From NCBI GenBank assembly GCA_964454015.1, contig CAYVQF010000001.1, positions 192,053 through 256,052 of the forward strand: a stretch of DNA of 64,000 nucleotides, given 5' to 3'. The notes beneath the pieces are model-generated. The model made no database searches and was not told where the DNA came from. It saw only the letters and a list, made by a program, of their open reading frames with translations. Positions 21,112 to 30,773 of the stretch are shown one piece after another. Numbering within the stretch: position 1 is the first letter of the stretch; every line of letters begins with the position of its first letter. The DNA comes from an uncultured Myxococcales bacterium. GTDB lineage: Bacteria > Myxococcota_A > Bradymonadia > UBA4248. The position numbers were made by a program, and so were the translations under genes.

Positions 21112-23151
21112 ATGAAAAAGAACAGCAGACGGCTGATGATGGTTTTGGCAGGTGTGGCGGTCGCTGCGAGCGGTTGCTTGCCTTTGGATGAGCTTGGCTT
21201 CGACGCTTCACGGCCAGAGATGGTGGCTTTTCAGACCTGCGGCGAGCTCGAGAGCTTTCTCAAAGCACAAGCGCTGACCAAAGCCAGTTGGCAGCAGACA
21301 GCCTTCAGCACGGGGACTCTCTTCAATGCGCAGGGTTTTGCGACGTCGTCACCGACTTCGACCTCGCCCGAGCCGGGTAGTCCCGCCGTGACCGCCTCGT
21401 TGAGTTACTCTGAGACCAACCTCCAGGAGCAAGGGGTCGACGAGGCTGATTTTTTCAAGGTCGATGGCACCCACGCTTTTGCCATTCACGGGACCAAGAT
21501 GGTCATCATCGAGGCCTTTGGCGAGCGCGACCCGGTGAGTGGCGGGATCCTGCAGATCGACGGGGGCGCGGTGGTTTCGGAGACATTGGTCCCCGGGATG
21601 CCCTTCGAGATGTTCTTGCGGGACGATCACGCCGTGGTGTTGTCCCGCAACGTGCATCGCAATGTGGCGCTGCAGGTCGAGGGTGCGCCTGAGCGCCCCA
21701 GCGGTACCTCTCTGGTGTCGGTCTTGGTTTACGATGTGAGCAATCGCAAGGCGCCCCAGTTGGTGCGCGAGGCGGCCATCGAAGGCGAGTATCTCTCGTC
21801 GCGCCGGGTGGGTGATAACGTCTTCATCGTGGCCCGCTCGCCCTTCAACGGGCCCCAGCCGACTGAGTCGTTGCTCGGGGATGTGGGTTTCCTCTTCACC
21901 CAGAGAAACAACATTCAACGCGCTCGCCTCGATGCCTGGATGCCCTACGTGTACGACATCTCTCGCACTGATGCCACGGGGAGCAAGGTCGAGCAGGCAG
22001 ACTGCACCAAGACCTACGCGTCGCGGGCGACCAACGGCGACCAAGCCATCTCGATCCTGAGTGTCAACTTGGGTGACCTGGCGGCTCCGGCCAAGACCAC
22101 GACGATCCTGGGCGACGGCGCCGTGCTCTATGGCTCGAAGGAGAGCCTGATCGTTGCCCTGACCAACTATGCCGAGCTGACCTACGGTGGCACTTCCAGT
22201 AGTGGCAGTTCGAGCAGTGGATTCTTCGATTGGTGGGACGATGGCGGGGAATGGGTGGATGACACGCCGACCAGCATCAGTGGCCGGGAGCTGACCTATC
22301 TGCATCGCTTCACTTTCGACAACAGTGGGCTGGTCCGTTATCACGCGACGGGGAAGGTCAAGGGCTGGATTCTGAATCAGTTCTCCATTTCGGAGCACCG
22401 CGGCTACGTTCGGGTGGCGACCATGGTTGGGCGGGACGAGTGGGACTCTGAGTCGATGGTTCATGTTCTGCAACCACGTGACAAGACAGGCTTGCTGCAG
22501 GCGCCCATCGGCGATGCCACGGAGTTCCTCGATGTGATTGCAACGGTGGGTGGTATTGGTCGCGACCAGGATCTTTATGCGACGCGCTTCCAAGGCGACC
22601 TGGGTTATCTGGTGACTTTCCGCGAGGTGGATCCGCTGTGGATCGTGGACCTGACGACGCCTTCTGCGCCGCGCCTCCGGGGCATGTTGGAGATTCCTGG
22701 CTACTCGACCTATCTCCACCCCATCGCCAACGACAAGATCCTGGCGGTCGGTCGCGGCGGAACGAACAGCGGCATCAAGATCTCCCTCTTCGACGTCTCC
22801 AACCTCGATCGACCGACAGCGGTGCGGGAGCGCACCGAGGGTTCCGGATCGGCCGAGTCCGAGGCGCTCACGGAACACCGCGCCTTCCGTTACTTGCCCG
22901 AGAGTCAGTTGCTCTTCATTCCCATCGATCAGCTCTCGGGTAAGCGTCTGCACGCCTATCGGATCAACAACGGGATCGAGCCTGCGGGCACTTTTGAGCA
23001 CCGGACCATGGCTGGCTCAGGTGACGAGAGGATCCGCCGCACCTACAGGATAGGCGATTACCTGTATGCCTATTCGCGGGTTGGGGTCTCCATCATCGAT
23101 TTGCCGGCGTTGCGCACGGTGGCCGAGATTGACCTGAGCGATGTCCCCTAA
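21112..23151 (+). CDS. beta-propeller domain lipoprotein (COG4880 / Beta_propel family)
   Basis: Signal plus lipobox MKKNSRRLMMVLAGVAVAASGC. Family-typical YSETNLQEQGVDEADFFKVDG near the N-terminus and DPLWIVDL...GYSTYLHP in the C-terminal propeller. Confidence 0.85.
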   Translation: MKKNSRRLMMVLAGVAVAASGCLPLDELGFDASRPEMVAFQTCGELESFLKAQALTKASWQQTAFSTGTLFNAQGFATSSPTSTSPEPGSPAVTASLSYSETNLQEQGVDEADFFKVDGTHAFAIHGTKMVIIEAFGERDPVSGGILQIDGGAVVSETLVPGMPFEMFLRDDHAVVLSRNVHRNVALQVEGAPERPSGTSLVSVLVYDVSNRKAPQLVREAAIEGEYLSSRRVGDNVFIVARSPFNGPQPTESLLGDVGFLFTQRNNIQRARLDAWMPYVYDISRTDATGSKVEQADCTKTYASRATNGDQAISILSVNLGDLAAPAKTTTILGDGAVLYGSKESLIVALTNYAELTYGGTSSSGSSSSGFFDWWDDGGEWVDDTPTSISGRELTYLHRFTFDNSGLVRYHATGKVKGWILNQFSISEHRGYVRVATMVGRDEWDSESMVHVLQPRDKTGLLQAPIGDATEFLDVIATVGGIGRDQDLYATRFQGDLGYLVTFREVDPLWIVDLTTPSAPRLRGMLEIPGYSTYLHPIANDKILAVGRGGTNSGIKISLFDVSNLDRPTAVRERTEGSGSAESEALTEHRAFRYLPESQLLFIPIDQLSGKRLHAYRINNGIEPAGTFEHRTMAGSGDERIRRTYRIGDYLYAYSRVGVSIIDLPALRTVAEIDLSDVP

Positions 23152-23211
23152 AATTGCCACCCTGCGAGATATGGGTTATATGCCTACATGTAACCCAAGC
23201 AGGGGGATGAC

Positions 23212-23709
23212 ATGGAAAGTCTAGAGCACAGGGTCGTTGAAGTAGCCAGCCAGGGCGCCAAAATCATTGCTTTTCCCACCAAATCGTGGCGCAAGGCAGA
23301 GGCCCTGGCGCCGGCCCCGACGGCCGCAGCAGAAGCGGATCTTGGGCCAATGGTGGATGCCTTGCTTGCGTTGTTGACGACGACGCAGAAGCAGCGCAAT
23401 GGCGCGCGGATGCAAGCGAAGGTCTTGCAGAGTCGTTTGGCGCAGGTGCTGGCGGAGCGCAGCCGAGTGATCGAGGTGATGCAGGGCTGGGAGCGTCACT
23501 GTATGCGGCTGCGTGCGTGGACTGAAGCGACTGCTGCTGAAGCCGAAGCAGAGAAAGCGGAGCTGCAGCGGCAGCTTGGGATCGCTCAGGAGCGCAACCG
23601 AGTGTTGGTGGCGCTGATGGAGGAAGTGCTGGAGACGACGGTCATCACGCCCAGCCGGCGTCGGCGCTGGCGTGGCGCTGCCGCTGCTGCTGCGTCGCCG
23701 CGGCGATAG
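23212..23709 (+). CDS. hypothetical coiled-coil protein
   Basis: 165 aa, Ala/Glu/Arg/Leu-rich heptad-like middle region. GGGGGA lies upstream of the ATG. No family recognised. Confidence 0.45.
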   Translation: MESLEHRVVEVASQGAKIIAFPTKSWRKAEALAPAPTAAAEADLGPMVDALLALLTTTQKQRNGARMQAKVLQSRLAQVLAERSRVIEVMQGWERHCMRLRAWTEATAAEAEAEKAELQRQLGIAQERNRVLVALMEEVLETTVITPSRRRRWRGAAAAAASPRR

Positions 23710-23713
23710 TCTC

Positions 23714-26700
23714 CTAGAGGGAGAAGGCGGGATCGACGAGGGCGGCTCCGACGAAGGCGCGCGCAGCGGCGTCGACCTGGTCGGGCACTTGAATGACCTG
23801 GAGGATTTCTTGGACGAAGGGGCCCACCAAGAGGTCAGCTTGCGGGTTTTGTTGGGCCAAGGCAGCCAAGGCTTCGAGGCGCTGGGTGATCTCTTCTGCG
23901 GCGGTGGTTTGGCCGCGGATGATCTGCAAGGACAGTCGGGTAGCGTTGAGGACTGCCGCGTTGGGGTGCTCAGGTGCCAAGGTGAGCCAGACTCTGAGGA
24001 CGCGGTCGACTTCATCGGCGAGGGCCGCGAGTTCCCTTTTTTGGGCCAATAGGGAGAGCATGGTCTGACGCAGAGTCATTTCATCGACGAGGGGGATGCG
24101 CCCCTCTCGGATGGCCAAGCTCCAGGACATGCTGGCAAAGAGTTGTTGGTGGTCGTGGAGTTGCATGAGCAGCGGCAAGATGAGGGTTATGAAGTCTGCG
24201 TAGGCGAGGGGGCCGAGGTCGGCGTCGATGTGGTCGGCGATGGCGCTGGTGAGGGCCATGGCGGCTGCCGTGTCTTGATCGGCGAAGGCGATGTGCAGCA
24301 GATAGTGGACGAAGATGAGGGCGCTGATGGCATCGTTGTTTTGCGCCAGCTCGCGGATGATTTCCGTGAGTTCCGGGGCGCTGCGTCGCTCTTGGCTGTG
24401 TTCGAGGAATGTGATCCAGCTCTGGATGCGCGTGCGCACGACAGGGTCGAGGACAGGTAAGCGGATTTTTCTCAGGGTGTCGCGGGCAGCGAGGTGTTGT
24501 TGGTTGGCTTGGAGGCGAGCCGATAACACGATGCCAGCCTTCCATTGGTGATCTTTGGCGAGGCTCGCCTCCAGGCGTTGGTGCGCGCTGGCGAGCTGTT
24601 GTTCGTTGGCGTCACGCGTGTCGAGCAAAAAGGTGAGGATGGCTTTCTGGTTGGCCGTGGCCATGCCATCGAGGATGCGCGGTGGGTTGTCGAGGTCGAT
24701 GCCCGTGGGAGTTGGGAGCGATTGGAGGAAAAGAAGGAGTTGGTTCGCGGTCCAGACGTGGCCGTGGTCGTAGGCGTCGGCCAAGACCCAATACGCGAGA
24801 TCGCTTTCGAGGTTTTGTTGTGAGGTCGCTAAGCCAATGGCCTTGGGGCCGAGGATGGCCGTAGAGGCGAAGACGAGGAGGCGCATGCGCTCGATGGCGT
24901 CGAGGAGGGTGAGCTCGGCGAGGCGCTGATCCCCAAGGCGCATGGCGACAGTGGCGTTGGACAAGAAGGCGTAGAGTTGCTTGTCGTAGCGGGTGATGTT
25001 GGTGGTGGGGCTCTGACAGTCAATGCGCTCATCGTTGGTGCTGTGGGTGCCCAGGCCCAGTCCGAGTTGGAAGTTACCGCTGGGGGGACCCGCTGAGTGG
25101 AAGTGGTCGAGGTCGTATTGGATCTTTAAGACGAGATTGAGGGGGCCGCGCTGGGCATTGAGTTGGCATTGGAGTTGGGTGTTGCCCGAGAGCAGCTCGA
25201 AAGCGACCAAGGCGCGATAGAGCTCGATGGCTTCGCGGACCATTGCCGCGTCGCCGCGCTGCAAGTAGGCCTTGGCCATGTAAGGGAGCAGGCTGTAGAG
25301 GATGTGTCCCCGTTGTTGATCGAGTTGAGGTCGGGCAAAATCGGTGATGAGGGATTCGGCGACGGCAAGGGCAAAAGGCTGGCGTTGTGCATCATCGGCG
25401 AGGACGCCGACGAAGAGGAGGCGGGGCACATAGGTGAGGTGGCTCATCTCGCTGTTGGCGATGGCGCGCTCTGCGGCCGCGACGAATTGCTGCGCCCTGG
25501 GCGGATCACGACGGGCGAGTAACAAGGCGGCGGCGAGATCAGCGAAAAGAGAGAGATTTTCGGGGGCGTCGTCGAAGGCGGCCTCCAGGGCATTGACGAA
25601 TCGCACCTGTACCTGCTGGCTTTGCGCGGTGTCGGAGGTGGTCTCTAGGTCTTGATTGTCGTCGAACCATGCCTCCACGCCGACATCTGCCATGGCACGG
25701 GCGAAGCGGAGGATGAAGTGATGCACCGGGATCTCTTCTTGCGCCGCAGGCGCAACGCTGAGGCTCTGGGCGATCTGCTGGATGGCGGCGTTGAAGCTGG
25801 GCGCTTCTTGCTGGAGTCTAGCCGTGATGTCGATGTCGAGGGCCGCGCTTTGGAGCACGGCGCGCTGTAAGGGAAGGACCAATGCGGTGAGATCCCACAG
25901 GGAGTGTTCGAGGTCCCACTGTTCCAGGGCGCTGCGGCGGAGGCGATCGAGGATGCGATCGGCTTCACGGAGGCTGAGCTCGGCGTGCTCCGCTTCGCGG
26001 GCGGCGATGAGGGTGTAGGCGAGGTAGTCTGCGATGACCAGGCGGGTCAGGTCCAGGACGATGGCAGGCGCTCCGCTTTCGTTTTCACTGGGCTGGAGCT
26101 TCTGATGGATGGTGCTTTGCACACTGTGCCAGTCTGGGGTCTGGGATGGGTCGAAGCTGCGCAGCTCCGCGAGGAGGTCAAGACACCTGGTGAAGCTTGC
26201 TTCGTGTTCTTCCCAGCGGAAATTTTTCAGCAATTTGGGGAGATCCAGGTTGGCTTGGCGTTGGAGGGTGGCAAAGGCGGCTCCGTTCGTGGTGTCTCCG
26301 TCGGGGCTGGATTGTAGGCTCTGGGCGATGACCAGAGCGAGGCGTAGTCCTGGTGCTAGTCGGACGAGGAGTGGGGCTTCGGGATCGGCGTCAGCATTGG
26401 CCACGGGAGTCAAAAGATCGAGGGCTTGTCCGAGGGTTGTTTCGAGGGGGACGCCGGCGACGATCCAGGCGACGAGGCCAGTGACGACATCAATGCCGGC
26501 GCGGACGACCTGATCATCAGGGGTGTCGCTGAGGCGGGCGCGGAGGCGTTGGAGTCCGCCAGCGAGCTCTGCGATCAGGCGCTCCGTGTCGGTGTCCGAT
26601 TGGTTGAAGCTGGCGGACCAGCCTTGGAGGAGGAGCTCGCCGAGCATCTGGACGGAAGCCAGGGAGGGATCAGGATCATGGCGGGCTCTCTCCATGGCGA

Positions 26701-28270
26701 GGTCAATGAGGATGGGGATGCGCTCGGGGTTGCGACAGATCTTGGTGTAGTCGATGGCGGTGAAGATGCGGGTGGCGTTGCGGCTGAGGTAAGCCTCCAT
26801 GTGATCGTTGGCCATGTCATGCTCGAGGCCCTGGCCGAGGTGCAGGCAGAGTGGGTCGATGGCGCGAGGATCGGCTTGGAGCCAGGGGGCATAGCGGAGG
26901 GTGCCGAGGGCGACCGTCGTGGGTCGCAGGTGCAGCCAGCGGTTTTCCTCTTGTTGGCTCCAGGTCATCCATTGGCGGATGGCCACGCGATCTGGGTCAC
27001 CCTGGGGGGTGACCAGGCGGTTGGCTTGGCTCCAGAGGTGGAGATCGGGCCTCCCGAGGCGGGCGAGCTTCTGGTCGAAGTCAAAGAGAGCACTCAGGAA
27101 TTCTGGGCTGTCGAGGATGTCGAAGGTGCGATCGACTGGCCAGCTCTCGAGGTGGTCGCTGAAGCTGCTGAAGCGCGCCGTGAGGGTGTTGAGCAGGACG
27201 GCAGGTCGGGCGTCGAGTCGTTGGGCGAGCGCGTCGTTGTCGGCAGCGTAGGCGCGCCGCTTGGCGGCGGTGCTCCAATGACGTGGACGGGTGGATGGAT
27301 CGCTGAGGCCGTTGCCGTTGCGGGTGAGGGTGAGGACTTGGGTGAAGTAGGCGGTGAGGTTGGCGTCGTCTGGGTGGGTGCAGGCGGCGTCGAGTTGCTG
27401 GGCAAGGTTTGCCTGTTGATCCCCGCCGATGAGTTGATCGAGGACCGTGAGGGCGAAGAGGATGGGTGCGCGGGTGTGGCAGAGGCTCGGGTCATTGGGG
27501 AGCAGGAGCAGGGCTTGGTTGAGCTGTTGCCATGCTGCGAAGACTTCGCCTTGGCGCCAGTGGCGGTCGCCCTTGGCGACGGCGACGGCGAAGTCCCAGG
27601 CGCCAGCGGTGGGGGCGACGGGGATTCCGGCGAGGCGCTCGATGAGTGGTGCTGCGGGTTGGACGTACCATTGTCCATCGGCACCTTGGAAGGTGAGGGC
27701 CAGGTTGCCACTGGCGGCGACGAGGGCCGCAGTGCTGATGGGCAGGTCGAGGGTGGCGTTGAGGTCGAGGGTGACGGGCAACACAGGGACGTCACCCTTT
27801 AGGGCTGAGCGGAGAGGGGTGAGATCGAGCTTCGTGGCGCCGATGGCCAAGATGGCATCTCTTCCCAGCGGTGCTGGCTGGGGGAGGGTCATGTCGGTGA
27901 CGAAGGCATAGTCGGGGGCTCTATCTCGAGGGAGCCAGGGTTTGCCGTCGAACCACACGGCGAGCCGCGCCCAGTGCGGCTGTTGTTGGGGCGTCTGACG
28001 AGGCGTGGCAGCCCAGAGCAGTTGGCCGACGGCGACGGCGTCTTGGCGGAAGATGGCGTCTGCCAGTTGGGCTTCGCAGAAGAGGAGGTCGTGGGAGGGG
28101 TCTTCGAGGCAGGCCAAGACGCCCTCAGGCAGCCCGGGCGGTGGTTCGAGCACGGGGCTGAAGGTGGGGGCGCTGGAGCACGCGGCGAGAAGTGATGCGA
28201 GGACGAGGAGGGAGGCGCGCAGGGTTGCGCTTGCTTTGGAGCTGGATGGCGGTGGGTTGCGGACAAACAT
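23714..28270 (-). CDS. very large (1518 aa) predicted lipoprotein, all-helical repeat-like, function unknown
   Basis: Start at MFVRNPPP..., signal plus lipobox LLVLASLLAACSS. The rest is Leu/Ala/Gln/Asp-rich with no catalytic motif recognised. It is the only long ORF on this stretch with normal amino-acid composition. Confidence 0.8.
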   Translation of the reverse strand: MFVRNPPPSSSKASATLRASLLVLASLLAACSSAPTFSPVLEPPPGLPEGVLACLEDPSHDLLFCEAQLADAIFRQDAVAVGQLLWAATPRQTPQQQPHWARLAVWFDGKPWLPRDRAPDYAFVTDMTLPQPAPLGRDAILAIGATKLDLTPLRSALKGDVPVLPVTLDLNATLDLPISTAALVAASGNLALTFQGADGQWYVQPAAPLIERLAGIPVAPTAGAWDFAVAVAKGDRHWRQGEVFAAWQQLNQALLLLPNDPSLCHTRAPILFALTVLDQLIGGDQQANLAQQLDAACTHPDDANLTAYFTQVLTLTRNGNGLSDPSTRPRHWSTAAKRRAYAADNDALAQRLDARPAVLLNTLTARFSSFSDHLESWPVDRTFDILDSPEFLSALFDFDQKLARLGRPDLHLWSQANRLVTPQGDPDRVAIRQWMTWSQQEENRWLHLRPTTVALGTLRYAPWLQADPRAIDPLCLHLGQGLEHDMANDHMEAYLSRNATRIFTAIDYTKICRNPERIPILIDLAMERARHDPDPSLASVQMLGELLLQGWSASFNQSDTDTERLIAELAGGLQRLRARLSDTPDDQVVRAGIDVVTGLVAWIVAGVPLETTLGQALDLLTPVANADADPEAPLLVRLAPGLRLALVIAQSLQSSPDGDTTNGAAFATLQRQANLDLPKLLKNFRWEEHEASFTRCLDLLAELRSFDPSQTPDWHSVQSTIHQKLQPSENESGAPAIVLDLTRLVIADYLAYTLIAAREAEHAELSLREADRILDRLRRSALEQWDLEHSLWDLTALVLPLQRAVLQSAALDIDITARLQQEAPSFNAAIQQIAQSLSVAPAAQEEIPVHHFILRFARAMADVGVEAWFDDNQDLETTSDTAQSQQVQVRFVNALEAAFDDAPENLSLFADLAAALLLARRDPPRAQQFVAAAERAIANSEMSHLTYVPRLLFVGVLADDAQRQPFALAVAESLITDFARPQLDQQRGHILYSLLPYMAKAYLQRGDAAMVREAIELYRALVAFELLSGNTQLQCQLNAQRGPLNLVLKIQYDLDHFHSAGPPSGNFQLGLGLGTHSTNDERIDCQSPTTNITRYDKQLYAFLSNATVAMRLGDQRLAELTLLDAIERMRLLVFASTAILGPKAIGLATSQQNLESDLAYWVLADAYDHGHVWTANQLLLFLQSLPTPTGIDLDNPPRILDGMATANQKAILTFLLDTRDANEQQLASAHQRLEASLAKDHQWKAGIVLSARLQANQQHLAARDTLRKIRLPVLDPVVRTRIQSWITFLEHSQERRSAPELTEIIRELAQNNDAISALIFVHYLLHIAFADQDTAAAMALTSAIADHIDADLGPLAYADFITLILPLLMQLHDHQQLFASMSWSLAIREGRIPLVDEMTLRQTMLSLLAQKRELAALADEVDRVLRVWLTLAPEHPNAAVLNATRLSLQIIRGQTTAAEEITQRLEALAALAQQNPQADLLVGPFVQEILQVIQVPDQVDAAARAFVGAALVDPAFSL

Positions 28271-28390
28271 GATACTCTCGCAAGTGAAGCGGTGTGACAC
28301 GCGTGGTGCGTGATCAGGGGTCCTTTCTGGACTATGCTTCCTTTTCGAATTTTCGTCAGCAGATCGCGCGCTGACAGTCAGGTGGCACCC

Positions 28391-29686
28391 ATGGGCAAGG
28401 AGGGGCGGATGGCAGGGTTGGCGGACGAAGTGGGCTTGGTGCTGACCGGGGGTGGGGCGCGCGGTGCCTATGAGTCAGGTGTGCTCACTTATCTCCATGA
28501 GCGGGTTGCGCCGGCGGTGGGGGTAGAGCGTCTCTTCGACTTGTATGCCGGGACGAGCGCAGGGGCGCTGAACGCTTGTGCCATGGCGGCGGGGGCTGAC
28601 GCGCCGGCGGAGATGGCGCGGCATCTTCAGGCCTATTGGCGCTCGATCCATCTGGGTCGCATTTTCAATTTTGGCATGCGCGAGGTGGCCCAGCTCCCGG
28701 AGTTGTTCTTTGGCCGCGGTCGCCGGATGGCGCGTCGATGGTTGGATATGGGTCCGCCGCTGCGGCATGCGCCCCATCCTCCGGTGGCCGGAGTTTTCGA
28801 CACCCAACCGCTGGCGCAGGACATGGCGCGTTTGGTGCCATGGGAGGCCTTACAGGGGCATTTACAAGGCGGATTGGTCAAGGGGGTGGCCCTCTGTGTG
28901 ACCGAGCTGTGCACGTCGAAGTCGGTGGTTTTCCATCAGATGGCACCGGGTCATGCTTTCGCGGGCTATGCCAACCAAGGGCGTGAGGCGCGAGCGGTGC
29001 GCTTGGGGGCGGCGCACGCCCTGGCATCCTCGGCGATTCCCTTTCTGTTTCCAGCGGTTCAGGTCGATGGCATTTGTTATGTCGACGGCGCGTTGCGGCA
29101 GAACACGCCGCTGAACCCCGTGTTGCGGATGGGGGCGCGCAAGGTCGTGATCGTGGGTTTGTCGCGAGATGCGGCGTCGCGACATCGGTCGGCACGGATG
29201 GGATGCAGGCTCAACCCCATGCCGGGATCGTTGTTTTTATTGGGCAGGACGGTGAACGCCTTGAGTGAGGGGACGCTGGACTACGAGCTGAGCCGGCTCG
29301 AGATGATCAACAGCCTGTTGCGCAGTGGCTGCGCTCGCTATGGCGATGAATTTTCTGAGCTGTTCAATCGCGCCGCCTCGCCGTTCCGGGCGGCCTCTTT
29401 TCGCGAAGTGCAGACGCTGACTTTGCGACCCTCAGTGAGCCTGGATCGCTTGGCCTTCGAGGCGGTTCAGGAGGCGCCAGGAGAGGTACGCATGCCCGGT
29501 GCTCCGGGGCGGCTCGTGGGGGCGATGCTGCGCTCAGAGGCGGTCCTCGACTCGGGCTTGGCGAGCTTTTTGTTGTTCACACCTACTTTCGTCGACAAGT
29601 GCATGGACCTGGGCTACCAAGATGCGCAGCGCCAGCACCACGCGTTGGTGGCCTTTTTTCAGGCTCCAGCGGCGGGCCAGGGCTGA
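28391..29686 (+). CDS. patatin-like phospholipase
   Basis: GGGARG oxyanion motif, GTSAG nucleophile elbow and DGA catalytic Asp motif (YVDGALRQNTP) are all intact. The start could also be 28409. Confidence 0.9.
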   Translation: MGKEGRMAGLADEVGLVLTGGGARGAYESGVLTYLHERVAPAVGVERLFDLYAGTSAGALNACAMAAGADAPAEMARHLQAYWRSIHLGRIFNFGMREVAQLPELFFGRGRRMARRWLDMGPPLRHAPHPPVAGVFDTQPLAQDMARLVPWEALQGHLQGGLVKGVALCVTELCTSKSVVFHQMAPGHAFAGYANQGREARAVRLGAAHALASSAIPFLFPAVQVDGICYVDGALRQNTPLNPVLRMGARKVVIVGLSRDAASRHRSARMGCRLNPMPGSLFLLGRTVNALSEGTLDYELSRLEMINSLLRSGCARYGDEFSELFNRAASPFRAASFREVQTLTLRPSVSLDRLAFEAVQEAPGEVRMPGAPGRLVGAMLRSEAVLDSGLASFLLFTPTFVDKCMDLGYQDAQRQHHALVAFFQAPAAGQG

Positions 29687-30572
29687 GGGTGGCTGCGTCA
29701 GCAGGTGGCGTTTCGGCCACGGGCAGAGGGCCGAAGTGGCAGAGGGGGGAGGCGGCTGGAGCGGTGCGGTGCCAGGCAGCGACGAGGGCTAGGATGATCG
29801 CCGAATCCTCGATGAAGCCTTCTTCTTGGTCGCGGGTCACGTGCAGGAGGATGGGTTGAGCCGCGCTGTAGGCGCTGTGCGGGTGCAGCGGCGCCAGGGG
29901 GGAGTAGGCTTCTAGGGGCGCGAAGAGCGTGTCCATGTCTGCTTGTGCCAAGACACCGTGGGTCGCTTGGTAGGCCGGGGTGAGGCGCCGGTCATCGATG
30001 GCACAGCGCCAGCGTCCGCGGGTCGAGACATCGAGCCGTCGTTCACCGTGCGCATCGAGGAGGCGCAACTGCAGGGTCTGCCATCCGCCTCGCTGTGGGG
30101 GTCCGGGTAGTGGGGGTTGGTTGAAGTTTTCCACGGTGCGGATGAGGTCGGTGACCAGGTCGTCTTCGCTCTGATTGCGGGCGAGGTGACGCCAGCTTTT
30201 CCCGTTGGCATCGCGCCAGGTGAGGGTGCTCCAGAAAGGGAGGCTGGGCTTTGTTGCCGGGGCGAGGTTGGGTTCAGGAGGGCCGAAGAGGGGCTGGGTG
30301 GCGGCGAAGTGTTGGAGCCAGCGGGCGAAGGCTTCTTTGGGCAGGCACCCGTCGATGCGGGCGTTGTGGCCCTGCATCCGGTAGCATCCAGTGGCATCGA
30401 TGTCGATGTCGATGGCTTCCACGGTGGGATCGGCGAAAGCGGTGTGGATGCGGAGGGTGTCGCTCGGGTTGAGACTGAAGCTGGGTGCGCCGTGGCAGGC
30501 TGCGGTGCAGAGGGCGAGGGCGGTCGCGGCGAAGAGGCAGATGGGTGAGGTCGTGGGGAGCGACTTGGGCAT
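29583..30572 (-). CDS. putative lipoprotein, function unknown
   Basis: MPKSLPTTSPICLFAATALALCTAAC signal/lipobox. The last ~35 codons overlap the patatin 3' end and look low-complexity, so the true stop is uncertain. Confidence 0.55.
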   Translation of the reverse strand: MPKSLPTTSPICLFAATALALCTAACHGAPSFSLNPSDTLRIHTAFADPTVEAIDIDIDATGCYRMQGHNARIDGCLPKEAFARWLQHFAATQPLFGPPEPNLAPATKPSLPFWSTLTWRDANGKSWRHLARNQSEDDLVTDLIRTVENFNQPPLPGPPQRGGWQTLQLRLLDAHGERRLDVSTRGRWRCAIDDRRLTPAYQATHGVLAQADMDTLFAPLEAYSPLAPLHPHSAYSAAQPILLHVTRDQEEGFIEDSAIILALVAAWHRTAPAASPLCHFGPLPVAETPPADAATLSPGPPLEPEKRPPTRGAGAAHLGSPGPCTCRRK

Positions 30573-30773
30573 GGCTGGATCACCTCGGGGGTGCAAGTTC
30601 TGCAGAGATCAACGCGGCAGGTGGGCAGGACTTGCACGTCAGTGGGGCAAAAACGAGGTGGGGTGATGGCGTATGGTCGTGGTTGCGGCGAAGCCGCAGG
30701 GCGCCTCTGCGGAGTGTGGAAAGCAGAGAAGCCAAGTCTGGATTGGGCCGAGTTTGGGCGGGATTGGGCAGTG

